In this document: positions 23,364 to 30,545 of the stretch, piece after piece
Position numbering within the stretch: the first letter of the stretch is position 1
How the letters are laid out: each line of letters opens with the position of its first letter
Origin: Kiritimatiella glycovorans
GTDB lineage: Bacteria > Verrucomicrobiota > Kiritimatiellia > Kiritimatiellales > Kiritimatiellaceae
DNA: 32,000 nucleotides
Direction of reading: 5' to 3'
NCBI RefSeq assembly: GCF_001017655.1
Contig: NZ_CP010904.1
Span: 2,580,001 to 2,612,000 of the forward strand
The notes under the pieces: generated by a model
What the model was told of the DNA's origin: nothing
Databases searched by the model: none
Seen by the model: only the letters and a program-made list of their open reading frames with translations
Made by a program: the position numbers and the translations under genes

Positions 23364-26300
23364 GGCTTGTACTCCTCGCCTTTTTGCAGCGTGCCCTTGT
23401 AGATCCAGGCCGTGTCGCGCACGTAAGCGAAATCGGCGGCGAAACCACCGAAATACCAGACCTTACCCTTTTCGTCCGGAAAGGGCGACGGTTCAATGGT
23501 GCGCACCCCCTGAAGCCGGACGCCATCGGGCTGGTTCGCGGGATCGTTGATCGCGCCCCAATCATAGGAACCGGGACCGTTGCGCACCAGGAAGTAGGCG
23601 CCGTTAGAGCCCGCCTGCGGACTGCGCGGGTGGATGACGAAAGTGGTGACCAGATAAACCGCCCGGCCGTCATCCGGGCGGGTGAACGGCGTGAACCGGT
23701 TCAACGCGGCGCCAGTCATGAAGACACCGACGTTCGGCCAGGCATCGAACACGTTCGCGAAGTAGTTCTCGTAGTTGATTTCGTCCGTGGCGGCGAACTC
23801 GTTCGTGGGTTCGATGCGCCGGATGACCGGTAGCGGCGGGCGCTCCAGGGCACCAAGCAGCGCCGGTTTGCCATCGCTTCCGGTCACCGTGGTCAGGCCG
23901 CGCATCAGGAATTCGAACGGACCCTCATTTTCAAACCAGGAATAGACCCGTTCCCAGCGCGGTTTCGCTCCGGAGATGCGCCGAAACAGCCCGCCTTGCT
24001 TGCCCCGCTGCCGTTGATTCGAGTAACCGAAAGCCGCGTAGAGAACGCCATCGCAAATTTCCATGCGCTGCGGACGGCCATACGGGCCACCTGCCATCTC
24101 GTTTTCCGGGGTCCAGCGCAGCCGCCCTGGTGCTTGCGGATCGTAGACGCCCCGATAGATGCCGCCGAAGTCCGCGGCGGCGAAAACCTCGCCGTCGTGC
24201 ACAATCAGGTCCCGGATGCCTGCATAACCGGGCTGATCCTCTGGAAGGGGCGCGATCCGTGAAAGGGTCCACGTGCCGGTTTCGTCATTGCGAACCGCGA
24301 CGGTGAGCCACTTCTCTCCCCTGCGGATGTCGTAAAGTCCGGCCGCCAGGAGCGAGACCGGCTTCGGCAACGGTTTGCCGTCAGGATCTTCGGTGAACCG
24401 CAGCACTTCCAGGCAGTTGATGCGCAGGTGGTCCCGGCCGAAGGACTCCTCGGCGATCCACGGCCCGTCGCCGCGGTCCTTGCGCAAAATCTGCGGTCCG
24501 GGATAGCCGGGGTAGGGTTTCACGGTAACATCGCTCTTCAACATGCTGGTGCCGGCGAAGAGCTTGCCCTCGTGGGCGGTGAGCCACATCAGTTCAGTGC
24601 CGCCGAGAAGCTGCCCGTTCGGGTCGCGCGTGCCGGGGAAGTAGTCCTTCTTGAAAGTGAACCAATCGACCTGCTCGCCGATGGGAACGAGCGCCGATTC
24701 CGGCGTGATCGGCCCGCGCTCCGCGCTCTTCCCCAGCTTGGCGACGAATTCCGTCCGGGTGATCTCCCCACTGCGATCCTGGTCGAAGACCTTGAAGATG
24801 GTTTGGTTGGGGAATTCCCGTTGGGTTACCACGCCGTCTCCGTCGAAGTCCATGGCGTGATACCTCAGGTTCAGCGCCTTGTTGGCGGCTTTGTCCGCGT
24901 CGTCTTTGGGTTTGTCTGAACCGGCGGGGGCAGGCTTGGCTTCGGACGTTCCGCCAGGTGAAGCCTCCCTGCCGGGCCAGCGTGCCGATACCGTGCGAAG
25001 CTCCTCGATCGACAAAGCTCCATCCTGGTCGCGGTCCGCGAATCTGAGTATCCTGGCGAGGCTGGGAAACTGCGTGAGTTCGTTGCCGGAGAGCTTCCCG
25101 TCGCCGTTCCGGTCGGCATTGCGGAAGAGGCTTTCGATGCGGTTGTCCGGCAGGGCGGGTGGCATCCCACTCCCGGTGTTTTTCCTCTCCGGCCCCACGA
25201 ATTCGAAGATGCCACCGCCGGGTCCGTAAGCCATGAGGACAGCGTTTTGCCGGTAGCGGACCGGCTTTCCGGTTCCCGCGAGTTTGATTCCGTGGGCCTT
25301 CATGGCCTCGAAGACCGCGGTCACATTCCGGACGGTATGCGTGATGTAGCGGAAGCCGATGGCGTCGGCGGGGCGCCCCTCGAATGTCTGGCGTTCTCCC
25401 GGCGGCGCCAGGAAACGGATGACCGATTGCCCCAGCCCATAGCACACTTCCCTCTGCCCGGGCAGCACGATCGACTCGATCCCGGGCAGCGGTGTCAGGC
25501 CCAGTACATCGCCGGCGAACGATTTGGCGGCCGCGAGATCATCGACAACGAGCCCGAGTTCGATGCCGCGTCTGGTGGCGCCTTCGCCGGCCTCGATCAG
25601 CTCGAGGCGATTGCCGTCCGGATCGGCGACCACCGCAACGCGCGCGCCATCGCGTTCGCTTTCCCGTTCAACGGTAAAACCGAGTCTTTTCAGCTGGTCC
25701 AGCACCGGAGTCAGGCCGGCAACGGGCACACCGATAAAACGGATGCCGTTGACCGCGGCCACCGCTCGGCCGCGATTTGGCGGAGGCGTGGCGTAGACCC
25801 GCAGCTTGATGGCGGATGCGCCGGCGCGGTAGATGTGCATCATGGACGAGTCCGGCATCCGCCGCGGTTGGGCGAACGAACGCAGTCCGAGGCCTTCGGC
25901 ATAGAAACGCCGGGCCTTTTCGAGATCACTGACCACTACGCTGGTTTGCAGGGCTTCGGCCGCCAGCAAAGCGGGTAGGTCGAGGCTTTCGGGAGCGGCT
26001 TCCTTTTTCTGCGCCGCCGGCACCGGCGACCGGTTTGCGGCCGGCTCCACGCTAGGAGACGCTGTTAAGGCAGTCCAAATTTGCCGGTCTTCGGTCGGGT
26101 CCTGCTCCGGTTCGGCAGCTTCGGCCTCGACGGCTTCGGCCTCGGGCTCGGCGGCCGGTTCGGCCTGGGTGACCTTGCCGTCGTTGTCAGCATCGAGTCG
26201 CTGGAACAGGCGCTCTGGACGGGTCAGCTCAGACCCCGTCTGCTGGTTTTGCCGCCACTCCACAAATTCAAAGATGGCACCTCCCGGACCGTGATACATC

Positions 26301-27541
26301 AGCACATTGCCGCGTGGGTTGACCGAGCCGGACAATCCCTCCTCGGTGAGCCCCGTGTGGACAGCGTCGGCGCTCTTGACCTTGTGCGCACGCTTCGCAT
26401 GCTTCTGGAAAAAATCCCACATGAGGTCATTGGCGGAGATATCTGTGGTGGATGCGCCAAGCATGGCAACGGGCGGTTCCATACCGGGCCAGGTGTGGCC
26501 GCCGCCGTCAATTTCATACAACACCACCTCTGAACCGTTCTTCCCTTCGCCCCAAACCTTGCGGATCACCCGCATGCCGTCATCTGTCGTGTCGGGCATT
26601 GGGGTAACGGTTGGTTCTTTTGCGCAGCCGTTGGCTTCAACCCAGCAGTTGATCGAATGCTCCACCGAAAAAAACTCCGGTCGCATGGATGCCGGAACAT
26701 TTGAAGTGCCTTTTCCCCGCCCGCCGTTAAACGGAGCCAGTTCGTCGGCGGTGCCGTGGAAATGAATGACCGATACCGGCGAGGCCGGGTTGCACTCCGC
26801 GGTGCCCATCGGCCCGCCGACCGGAGCGATCGCGGCGAACCGGTCGGCCAGTTCGGACGCTACCCGGTACGCCATCATCCCACCGTTGGAGATGCCAGTT
26901 GCGAAGACCCGTTCCTTGTCCACATTCACGACTGCTTCCAGGTCGCCGAGCAAAGCCTTTGTGAACCCCACGTCGTCGATCTTCTTCCGCTTGGCATACC
27001 CACCGACGTTGCCGGCGTTGAACGTCAGATTCTTGTCTTGGTCGGCCCCACTGCCGAACGGGTAGACGACAACGAATCCGGCGTCATCCGCCTTCTCATT
27101 AAGACCACTAAGTCGGATCATACTCTGCGGATTGCCGCCGCCGCCGTGAAATGCAACTACAACTGGCGTTTTTCGATCCGCCGTGTAATTAGGAGGAACG
27201 TGGACTTGGTAGCGGCGTTCTTGTCCTTCTACGTCAATGGTCCGGATGCGATCGCCCGCTCCGAAGGCGCCCCCGGCTTCCTCGGGCTGCGCAGGACGAC
27301 GCATGGATCGCGCGATCGCACCGGCGAATTCCCGGAAGCTGAGCAAACCGTCGTTGTCTTGGTCAGCCCCCTCCAGACGCGATTCTAACCGTGGGACGGT
27401 TTTGAGTTCAGTCGCCGACAGCTGACCGTCTTTGTTGGCGTCCAGCCGCTCAAACCCTTTCCGCAGGCGGGAGCCGCCCTGGGCAACCGCGCAATTGACG
27501 AAGATACACACCGAGCACAAAAGGATGAATGTCGGTCTCAT
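23360..27541 (-). CDS. Secreted multidomain protein C: EF pair + PHB-depolymerase/CE1-like esterase + VOC remnant + EF loop + acidic linker + two VOC/glyoxalase domains + two EF pairs + uncharacterised ~440-aa C-terminal module
   Basis: Signal peptide MRPTFILLCSVCIFVNCAVAQ. Seven canonical EF loops: DANKDGQLSATE, DQDNDGLLSFRE, DADNDGKVTQAE, DRNGDGKLSGNE, DRDQDGALSIEE, DFDGDGVVTQRE, DQDRSGEITRTE. Esterase GISNGG. VOC motifs VVVSDLEKARRFYAEGLGL...VADPDGNRLELIE and LVVDDLAAAKSFAGDVLGL...YGPGGGIFEFV. SD GGAGGA before ATG 27541. Confidence 0.9.
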   Translation of the reverse strand: MRPTFILLCSVCIFVNCAVAQGGSRLRKGFERLDANKDGQLSATELKTVPRLESRLEGADQDNDGLLSFREFAGAIARSMRRPAQPEEAGGAFGAGDRIRTIDVEGQERRYQVHVPPNYTADRKTPVVVAFHGGGGNPQSMIRLSGLNEKADDAGFVVVYPFGSGADQDKNLTFNAGNVGGYAKRKKIDDVGFTKALLGDLEAVVNVDKERVFATGISNGGMMAYRVASELADRFAAIAPVGGPMGTAECNPASPVSVIHFHGTADELAPFNGGRGKGTSNVPASMRPEFFSVEHSINCWVEANGCAKEPTVTPMPDTTDDGMRVIRKVWGEGKNGSEVVLYEIDGGGHTWPGMEPPVAMLGASTTDISANDLMWDFFQKHAKRAHKVKSADAVHTGLTEEGLSGSVNPRGNVLMYHGPGGAIFEFVEWRQNQQTGSELTRPERLFQRLDADNDGKVTQAEPAAEPEAEAVEAEAAEPEQDPTEDRQIWTALTASPSVEPAANRSPVPAAQKKEAAPESLDLPALLAAEALQTSVVVSDLEKARRFYAEGLGLRSFAQPRRMPDSSMMHIYRAGASAIKLRVYATPPPNRGRAVAAVNGIRFIGVPVAGLTPVLDQLKRLGFTVERESERDGARVAVVADPDGNRLELIEAGEGATRRGIELGLVVDDLAAAKSFAGDVLGLTPLPGIESIVLPGQREVCYGLGQSVIRFLAPPGERQTFEGRPADAIGFRYITHTVRNVTAVFEAMKAHGIKLAGTGKPVRYRQNAVLMAYGPGGGIFEFVGPERKNTGSGMPPALPDNRIESLFRNADRNGDGKLSGNELTQFPSLARILRFADRDQDGALSIEELRTVSARWPGREASPGGTSEAKPAPAGSDKPKDDADKAANKALNLRYHAMDFDGDGVVTQREFPNQTIFKVFDQDRSGEITRTEFVAKLGKSAERGPITPESALVPIGEQVDWFTFKKDYFPGTRDPNGQLLGGTELMWLTAHEGKLFAGTSMLKSDVTVKPYPGYPGPQILRKDRGDGPWIAEESFGRDHLRINCLEVLRFTEDPDGKPLPKPVSLLAAGLYDIRRGEKWLTVAVRNDETGTWTLSRIAPLPEDQPGYAGIRDLIVHDGEVFAAADFGGIYRGVYDPQAPGRLRWTPENEMAGGPYGRPQRMEICDGVLYAAFGYSNQRQRGKQGGLFRRISGAKPRWERVYSWFENEGPFEFLMRGLTTVTGSDGKPALLGALERPPLPVIRRIEPTNEFAATDEINYENYFANVFDAWPNVGVFMTGAALNRFTPFTRPDDGRAVYLVTTFVIHPRSPQAGSNGAYFLVRNGPGSYDWGAINDPANQPDGVRLQGVRTIEPSPFPDEKGKVWYFGGFAADFAYVRDTAWIYKGTLQKGEEYKP
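26159..26241 (-). repeat. 83-bp EF-hand cassette shared with gene B
   Basis: See 22822-22904. Confidence 0.85.
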
Positions 27542-27571
27542 GGAAGATCCTCCGGTCTATCAGCAGAACGT
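26397..27571 (-). repeat. 1.18-kb duplicated 5' module, copy in gene C
   Basis: See 19313-20488. Similarity extends ~30 nt upstream of the ATG through the RBS, with one 1-nt indel. Confidence 0.9.
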
Positions 27572-27577
27572 CGCGGG

Positions 27578-27976
27578 TCAGCGTTTTCTGGAAGGGCGCG
27601 CCCTTCCAGAAATACGTTGCGCCCGCTTGTTCTCTCCATACCGGGCTCTCTCCTCCCGCAGCAAATGCACACAGTGCTCGTTAAGGCTTTCTCCGTGGCG
27701 CATGGCACCGATGGCCAAGGCTTTGTGCAGATCCTGGCCGACGCGAACAACAAATTTCCCTGAGTATTCTCTTCCTGCTGTCGCCTCGGGCAGGGGTTCA
27801 CCATCCTGCTCATAGATGTCGATCCACTCTTCGACCACCTGACAGAGCTCGCGATACACCTTGGCCTCTTCATCTCCGTGAATGCCACCGAGCATGAGGC
27901 CCGGACACGTCCCAACGTAGCACTGGTCTTCTTCCGACCACTCAACAATCTTGAGGTATCGATCACTCGTCTTCAT
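27578..27976 (-). CDS. hicB: HicB-family antitoxin (RNase H-like fold N-domain + C-terminal ribbon-helix-helix)
   Basis: MKTSDRYLKIVEWSEEDQCYVGTCPGLMLGGIHGDEEAKVYRELCQVVEEWI is HicB-like. The C-terminal SGKFVVRVGQDLHKALAIGAMRHGESLNEHCVHLL is RHH-like. The ATG overlaps the hicA stop (ATGA). Confidence 0.85.
   Translation of the reverse strand: MKTSDRYLKIVEWSEEDQCYVGTCPGLMLGGIHGDEEAKVYRELCQVVEEWIDIYEQDGEPLPEATAGREYSGKFVVRVGQDLHKALAIGAMRHGESLNEHCVHLLREERARYGENKRAQRISGRARPSRKR
27586..27611. other. 26-bp perfect palindrome TTCTGGAAGGGCG/CGCCCTTCCAGAA
   Basis: Read directly from the sequence. It lies in the last 11 codons of hicB, 45-70 nt upstream of the ATG of gene C. Confidence 0.9.
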
Positions 27977-28167
27977 TCTGTCACCTCGCGAACTGCTCTC
28001 TCAACATCTCGCTCCTGATACCGCTTCGCATCATGCGAAAGGCCACCGCTGAGCGTTATCTTCGCCCCTTTGGCGTGGGTGAAGTTGCGGTGGCTACCCT
28101 TGCCGCCGCGATCCACGAAACCAGCCTTCTTCAGGTCCCGAATCAGCTCACGTATCTTCCTTGGCAC
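27973..28167 (-). CDS. hicA: HicA-family mRNA interferase toxin
   Basis: 64 aa, (M)PRKIRELIRDLKKAGFVDRGGKGSHRNFTHAKGAKITLSGGLSHDAKRYQ, with the typical HicA G-S-H core. The start is GTG. Confidence 0.85.
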   Translation of the reverse strand: MPRKIRELIRDLKKAGFVDRGGKGSHRNFTHAKGAKITLSGGLSHDAKRYQERDVERAVREVTE

Positions 28168-28173
28168 GGAAGT

Positions 28174-28203
28174 ATAGTACTACGGCGATACTACTCGAGT
28201 CAA
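28174..28203 (-). promoter_or_regulatory. Candidate sigma70-like hicAB promoter (TTGACT-18 nt-TACTAT), possibly leaderless
   Basis: Minus strand reads TTGACTcgagtagtatcgccgtagTACTATacttccGTG. The -10 element ends 6 nt before the GTG start and no SD is present. The 8-bp palindrome TAGTACTA overlaps the -10. Confidence 0.35.
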
Positions 28204-28439
28204 CAGGTGATCCGTTGTTCCGGAGAGAACGCTACCGTTCAGCCGCTTCGGGAGCCGACGCCTGAGCGGTGGTCCCGATAGCGGAGCCAGTTTTTTCGAA
28301 CTTTAAGTCAGCATCAGGGCTCCCGCTTCCTGCGAGTGTTCTGCCACAACTCCGGCGAGTTGTCCATAGCCTGCGGCCGTCGAGAATGGGTCATTGAACT
28401 CGTCGGAGACGGTCGCATGGCTGTGGGCAACTCGCCTCT

Positions 28440-29336
28440 TCATGCCGCTCTCCATTTCGACTCCGCCTCGATTCCGAAGTACGCCTCATCGGGCGTTCGA
28501 TCCCCGATCGATGAATGCGGACGTTCGGTATTGTAGCGCTCCAGCCACGCCCCCACGCCGCGCCCGGTTTCCCGGGGCGTTTCATAGCTTTTCAGATAAA
28601 CATCCTCATACTTCAGGCTCCACCACAGCCGCTCGATGAACACATTGTCCACCCAGCGGCCCGTCCCATCCATGCTGATTTTTAAGCCCTCGTGCTGTTT
28701 CATCTCCCTGATCCAATCCGTCGACGTGAACTGCGAGCCTTGATCGGTATTCATGATCTCCGGCGCCCGCCCGGCCGTGGCCACCGCCGATCGAAAGGCC
28801 CGCAGGCAGAACGCGGTATCCATCGTGGTGCTCAGTTCCCACCCGAGCACTTTCCGGCTGTACCAGTCCATCACGGCCACCAGGTAGCAATACCCTCTCG
28901 GCATCGGGATATAGGTGATATCGGCGCACCAGACCTGATTCGGCCGCGTAACCGCCACTCCACGCAGCAAATACGGATAGATGCGATGCCCCTTGCCCGG
29001 TGCGCTGGTCCGCGGCCGCGGGCGGAGAGCCGAGATATGCGCGAGCCTCATCAGCCGGCGAAGCCGCTTTCGCCCCACGTTCAACCCCTGTTCGCGCTTG
29101 AGCAAGCGCCTTAACCCCCGCGTGCCGAACGTCGGGAAACGCAGATGAAGTTCGTCGAGCATCCTCATAACCCGTAAGTCCGTGATCGTCGCCCTGGGCT
29201 CCGGCGGCGTCAACCGGTTCCGGTTGACGCCCAGCAGAGCACATTGGCGCCGCAGCGAGCGTTGAGCATCAGAAGGATCCACCAGAGCCTTCCTCACGGA
29301 TCGATCCCCAACTCGACGCATTTTTTTTCCATCCAC
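28440..29336 (-). CDS. IS3-family transposase OrfB (DDE integrase core), expressed as an OrfAB fusion by -1 frameshift
   Basis: NQVWCADITYIPM, MNTDQGSQFTS, NVFIERLWWSLKYE, YNTERPHSSIGDRTPDEAY. Confidence 0.9.
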   Translation of the reverse strand: MDGKKMRRVGDRSVRKALVDPSDAQRSLRRQCALLGVNRNRLTPPEPRATITDLRVMRMLDELHLRFPTFGTRGLRRLLKREQGLNVGRKRLRRLMRLAHISALRPRPRTSAPGKGHRIYPYLLRGVAVTRPNQVWCADITYIPMPRGYCYLVAVMDWYSRKVLGWELSTTMDTAFCLRAFRSAVATAGRAPEIMNTDQGSQFTSTDWIREMKQHEGLKISMDGTGRWVDNVFIERLWWSLKYEDVYLKSYETPRETGRGVGAWLERYNTERPHSSIGDRTPDEAYFGIEAESKWRAA

Positions 29337-29599
29337 TCCTTCTCAATCACCAGCTGACCTACTTTTCGCTCCAGCCGCTCGCAGTTCTTTTCCAGCCCGC
29401 GCTTTTCTAGGTCCGGCGCGTTCTTGCGCTCAAAGAGATCGGCTGCGCCCTCTGTGAGCTCCGTCTTCCATCGAGTCACCATGGTCGGATGCACGTTGTT
29501 TTCCGCCGCGATCTCCGCCACGGTCTTGATGCCGCGCAACGCTTCCATCGCGATACGCGCCTTGAACTGCGCGCTGTGATTTCGTCTCGGCTTCTTCAT
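29294..29599 (-). CDS. IS3-family transposase OrfA (HTH + leucine-zipper-like)
   Basis: MKKPRRNHSAQFKARIAMEALRGIKTVAEIAAENNVHPTMVTRWK... Confidence 0.9.
   Translation of the reverse strand: MKKPRRNHSAQFKARIAMEALRGIKTVAEIAAENNVHPTMVTRWKTELTEGAADLFERKNAPDLEKRGLEKNCERLERKVGQLVIEKEWMEKKCVELGIDP
29321..29328 (-). promoter_or_regulatory. Programmed -1 ribosomal frameshift site (A AAA AAA) of the IS3 element
   Basis: Minus strand reads atg gaA AAA AAA tgc in the orfA frame. orfB is in the -1 frame and overlaps from here. Confidence 0.8.
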
Positions 29600-29718
29600 C
29601 GGTTCTCCTTTCGGTCTCCTTTTTACCGGGAGAACCCGATGCGGTCTATCCGCCCCTCACTGGCTCCGTTTTCCGGGACCACCGCTGAACCTCTCGGACT
29701 TCAGGTCGCGGTCACGGA

Positions 29719-29862
29719 CAGCGATTCTCATTATGGCTTCACCCTTTTCGGTCGGGGTGGCACCCGACCCTCCCAGTGCCCGAAAATGCGTCGGATATCG
29801 ACTCGGGAGGGACGGCTGCCACGCCGTCCGCGGTCGGAATGCGGCCATAATGAGAACTGCTG
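29719..29862 (+). mobile_element. 144-bp MITE, copy 2 (inside the transposase pseudogene)
   Basis: Same sequence as copy 1. 9-bp TSD GGTCACGGA (29710-29718 and 29863-29871). Confidence 0.85.
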
Positions 29863-30293
29863 GGTCACGGAGCTTCTGTATGCGCTGTCGGCCCTCGACA
29901 ATCCAGGCGCGGGAAACCCTGCTGCGTCCGGGCGCTGAATCGGGATACAAGGTTTTCTGATCACGTGAACTGACTCCGGCAGCTGTGGCACGCAAGATAC
30001 GGTCACGAAGATCGTCGGCCCTGTTGACCGCGTCGTAACTTTTAAGCCTGACCTCCTTCGATGTGTCTGCCTCATGGCGACGTACACGCGGCTTGCGGAT
30101 CTCCTCATCAATACCGTCAATTCGAAGTCCTACGCGGGTTCCGCCGGCACGTCGGCAGCCTCTGTCCCCTGCCGGCTTGTAGGCCGGACCACACAGTTCT
30201 GTGACCTCTTCAGCCAGAATATCGGCGATCAGGGTTCGCATTTCACCACGCAGCCAGTCACGGAAAACATCTCCTGCTGCAGACGGTTCAACT

Positions 30294-30437
30294 CAGCAGT
30301 TCTCATTATGGCCGCATTCCGACCGCGGACGGCGTGGCAGCCGTCCCTCCCGAGTCGATATCCGACGCATTTTCGGGCACTGGGAGGGTCGGGTGCCACC
30401 CCGACCGAAAAGGGTGAAGCCATAATGAGAATCGCTG
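30294..30437 (-). mobile_element. 144-bp MITE, copy 3 (inverted; inside the transposase pseudogene)
   Basis: Reverse complement of copy 1. 9-bp TSD GGTTCAACT (30285-30293 and 30438-30446). Confidence 0.85.
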
Positions 30438-30481
30438 GGTTCAACTTGTCCACGGGCTTCAAGGACGCTATTGTCACTCAT

Positions 30482-30545
30482 GGCGGTCTCCTTTCGGGTT
30501 GGTTTGCCCCGAGCGTCCAACATGGACGCTCCTCAGGAGACCGCC
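30482..30545 (-). promoter_or_regulatory. Nested hairpin able to sequester the SD of the IS256-like transposase
   Basis: GGCGGTCTCCT (30482-30492) pairs with AGGAGACCGCC (30535-30545), 11 bp perfect. Inner 9-bp perfect stem GAGCGTCCA/TGGACGCTC (30511-30531). On the mRNA the 3' arm contains AGGAG directly before ATG 30481. Confidence 0.5.

Larger units (their letters stand above)
28263..29688 (-). mobile_element. IS3-family insertion sequence (~1.43 kb)
   Basis: Terminal IRs: left TGAGCGGTGGTCCCGATAGCGGAGCCAGT, right (reverse complement) TCAGCGGTGGTCCCGGAAAACGGAGCCAGT. orfA and orfB overlap with an A8 slippery run. DDE-type OrfB. Ends are approximate to +/-2 nt, and no unambiguous TSD is visible (GCC vs ACC). 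Confidence 0.85.
29689..30481 (-). pseudogene. IS256/Mutator-like transposase, N-terminal remnant disrupted by two MITEs and truncated by the IS3
   Basis: Removing each MITE plus one TSD copy (153 nt = 51 codons each) restores one frame: MSDNSVLEARGQVEPSAAGDVFRDWLRGEMRTLIADILAEEVTELCGPAYKP...KPRVRR...AAGVSSRDQKTL...GRSRVSRAWIVEGRQRIQKLRDRDLKSE. That frame then runs into the IS3 IR. The pattern resembles IS256-family N-termini (AEEVTELxG..Y, PRVR, G-x-S-x-x-x-V-S-R). Confidence 0.5.

Noticed and set aside
19313-27571. The A/C duplicated segment considered as a diversity-generating retroelement template/variable repeat pair
   Set aside because: No reverse transcriptase ORF lies in the window. 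The repeat is 1.18 kb, far longer than TR/VR pairs. The substitutions I inspected include T/C, T/G and indel changes rather than adenine-specific changes.
27586-27611. The 26-bp palindrome considered as an intrinsic terminator for hicAB
   Set aside because: There is no U-tract after the stem on either strand. I kept it only as a possible operator or RNA structure (see findings).
28033-28639. ORFs 28033-28281 (+), 28336-28536 (+), 28391-28585 (-) and 28394-28639 (+)
   Set aside because: The first is antisense to hicA. The others lie in the IS3 3' untranslated end or overlap orfB in other frames. None has recognisable motifs.
28395-29659. First guess at IS3 boundaries (TGAACTCGTCGGAGAC... / ...TGAGGGGCGGATAGACC)
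   Set aside because: The match between these ends is weak. A much better ~30-bp inverted repeat (T-G/C-AGCGGTGGTCCCG...CGGAGCCAGT) lies further out at 28263 and 29688, so I adopted the outer boundaries.
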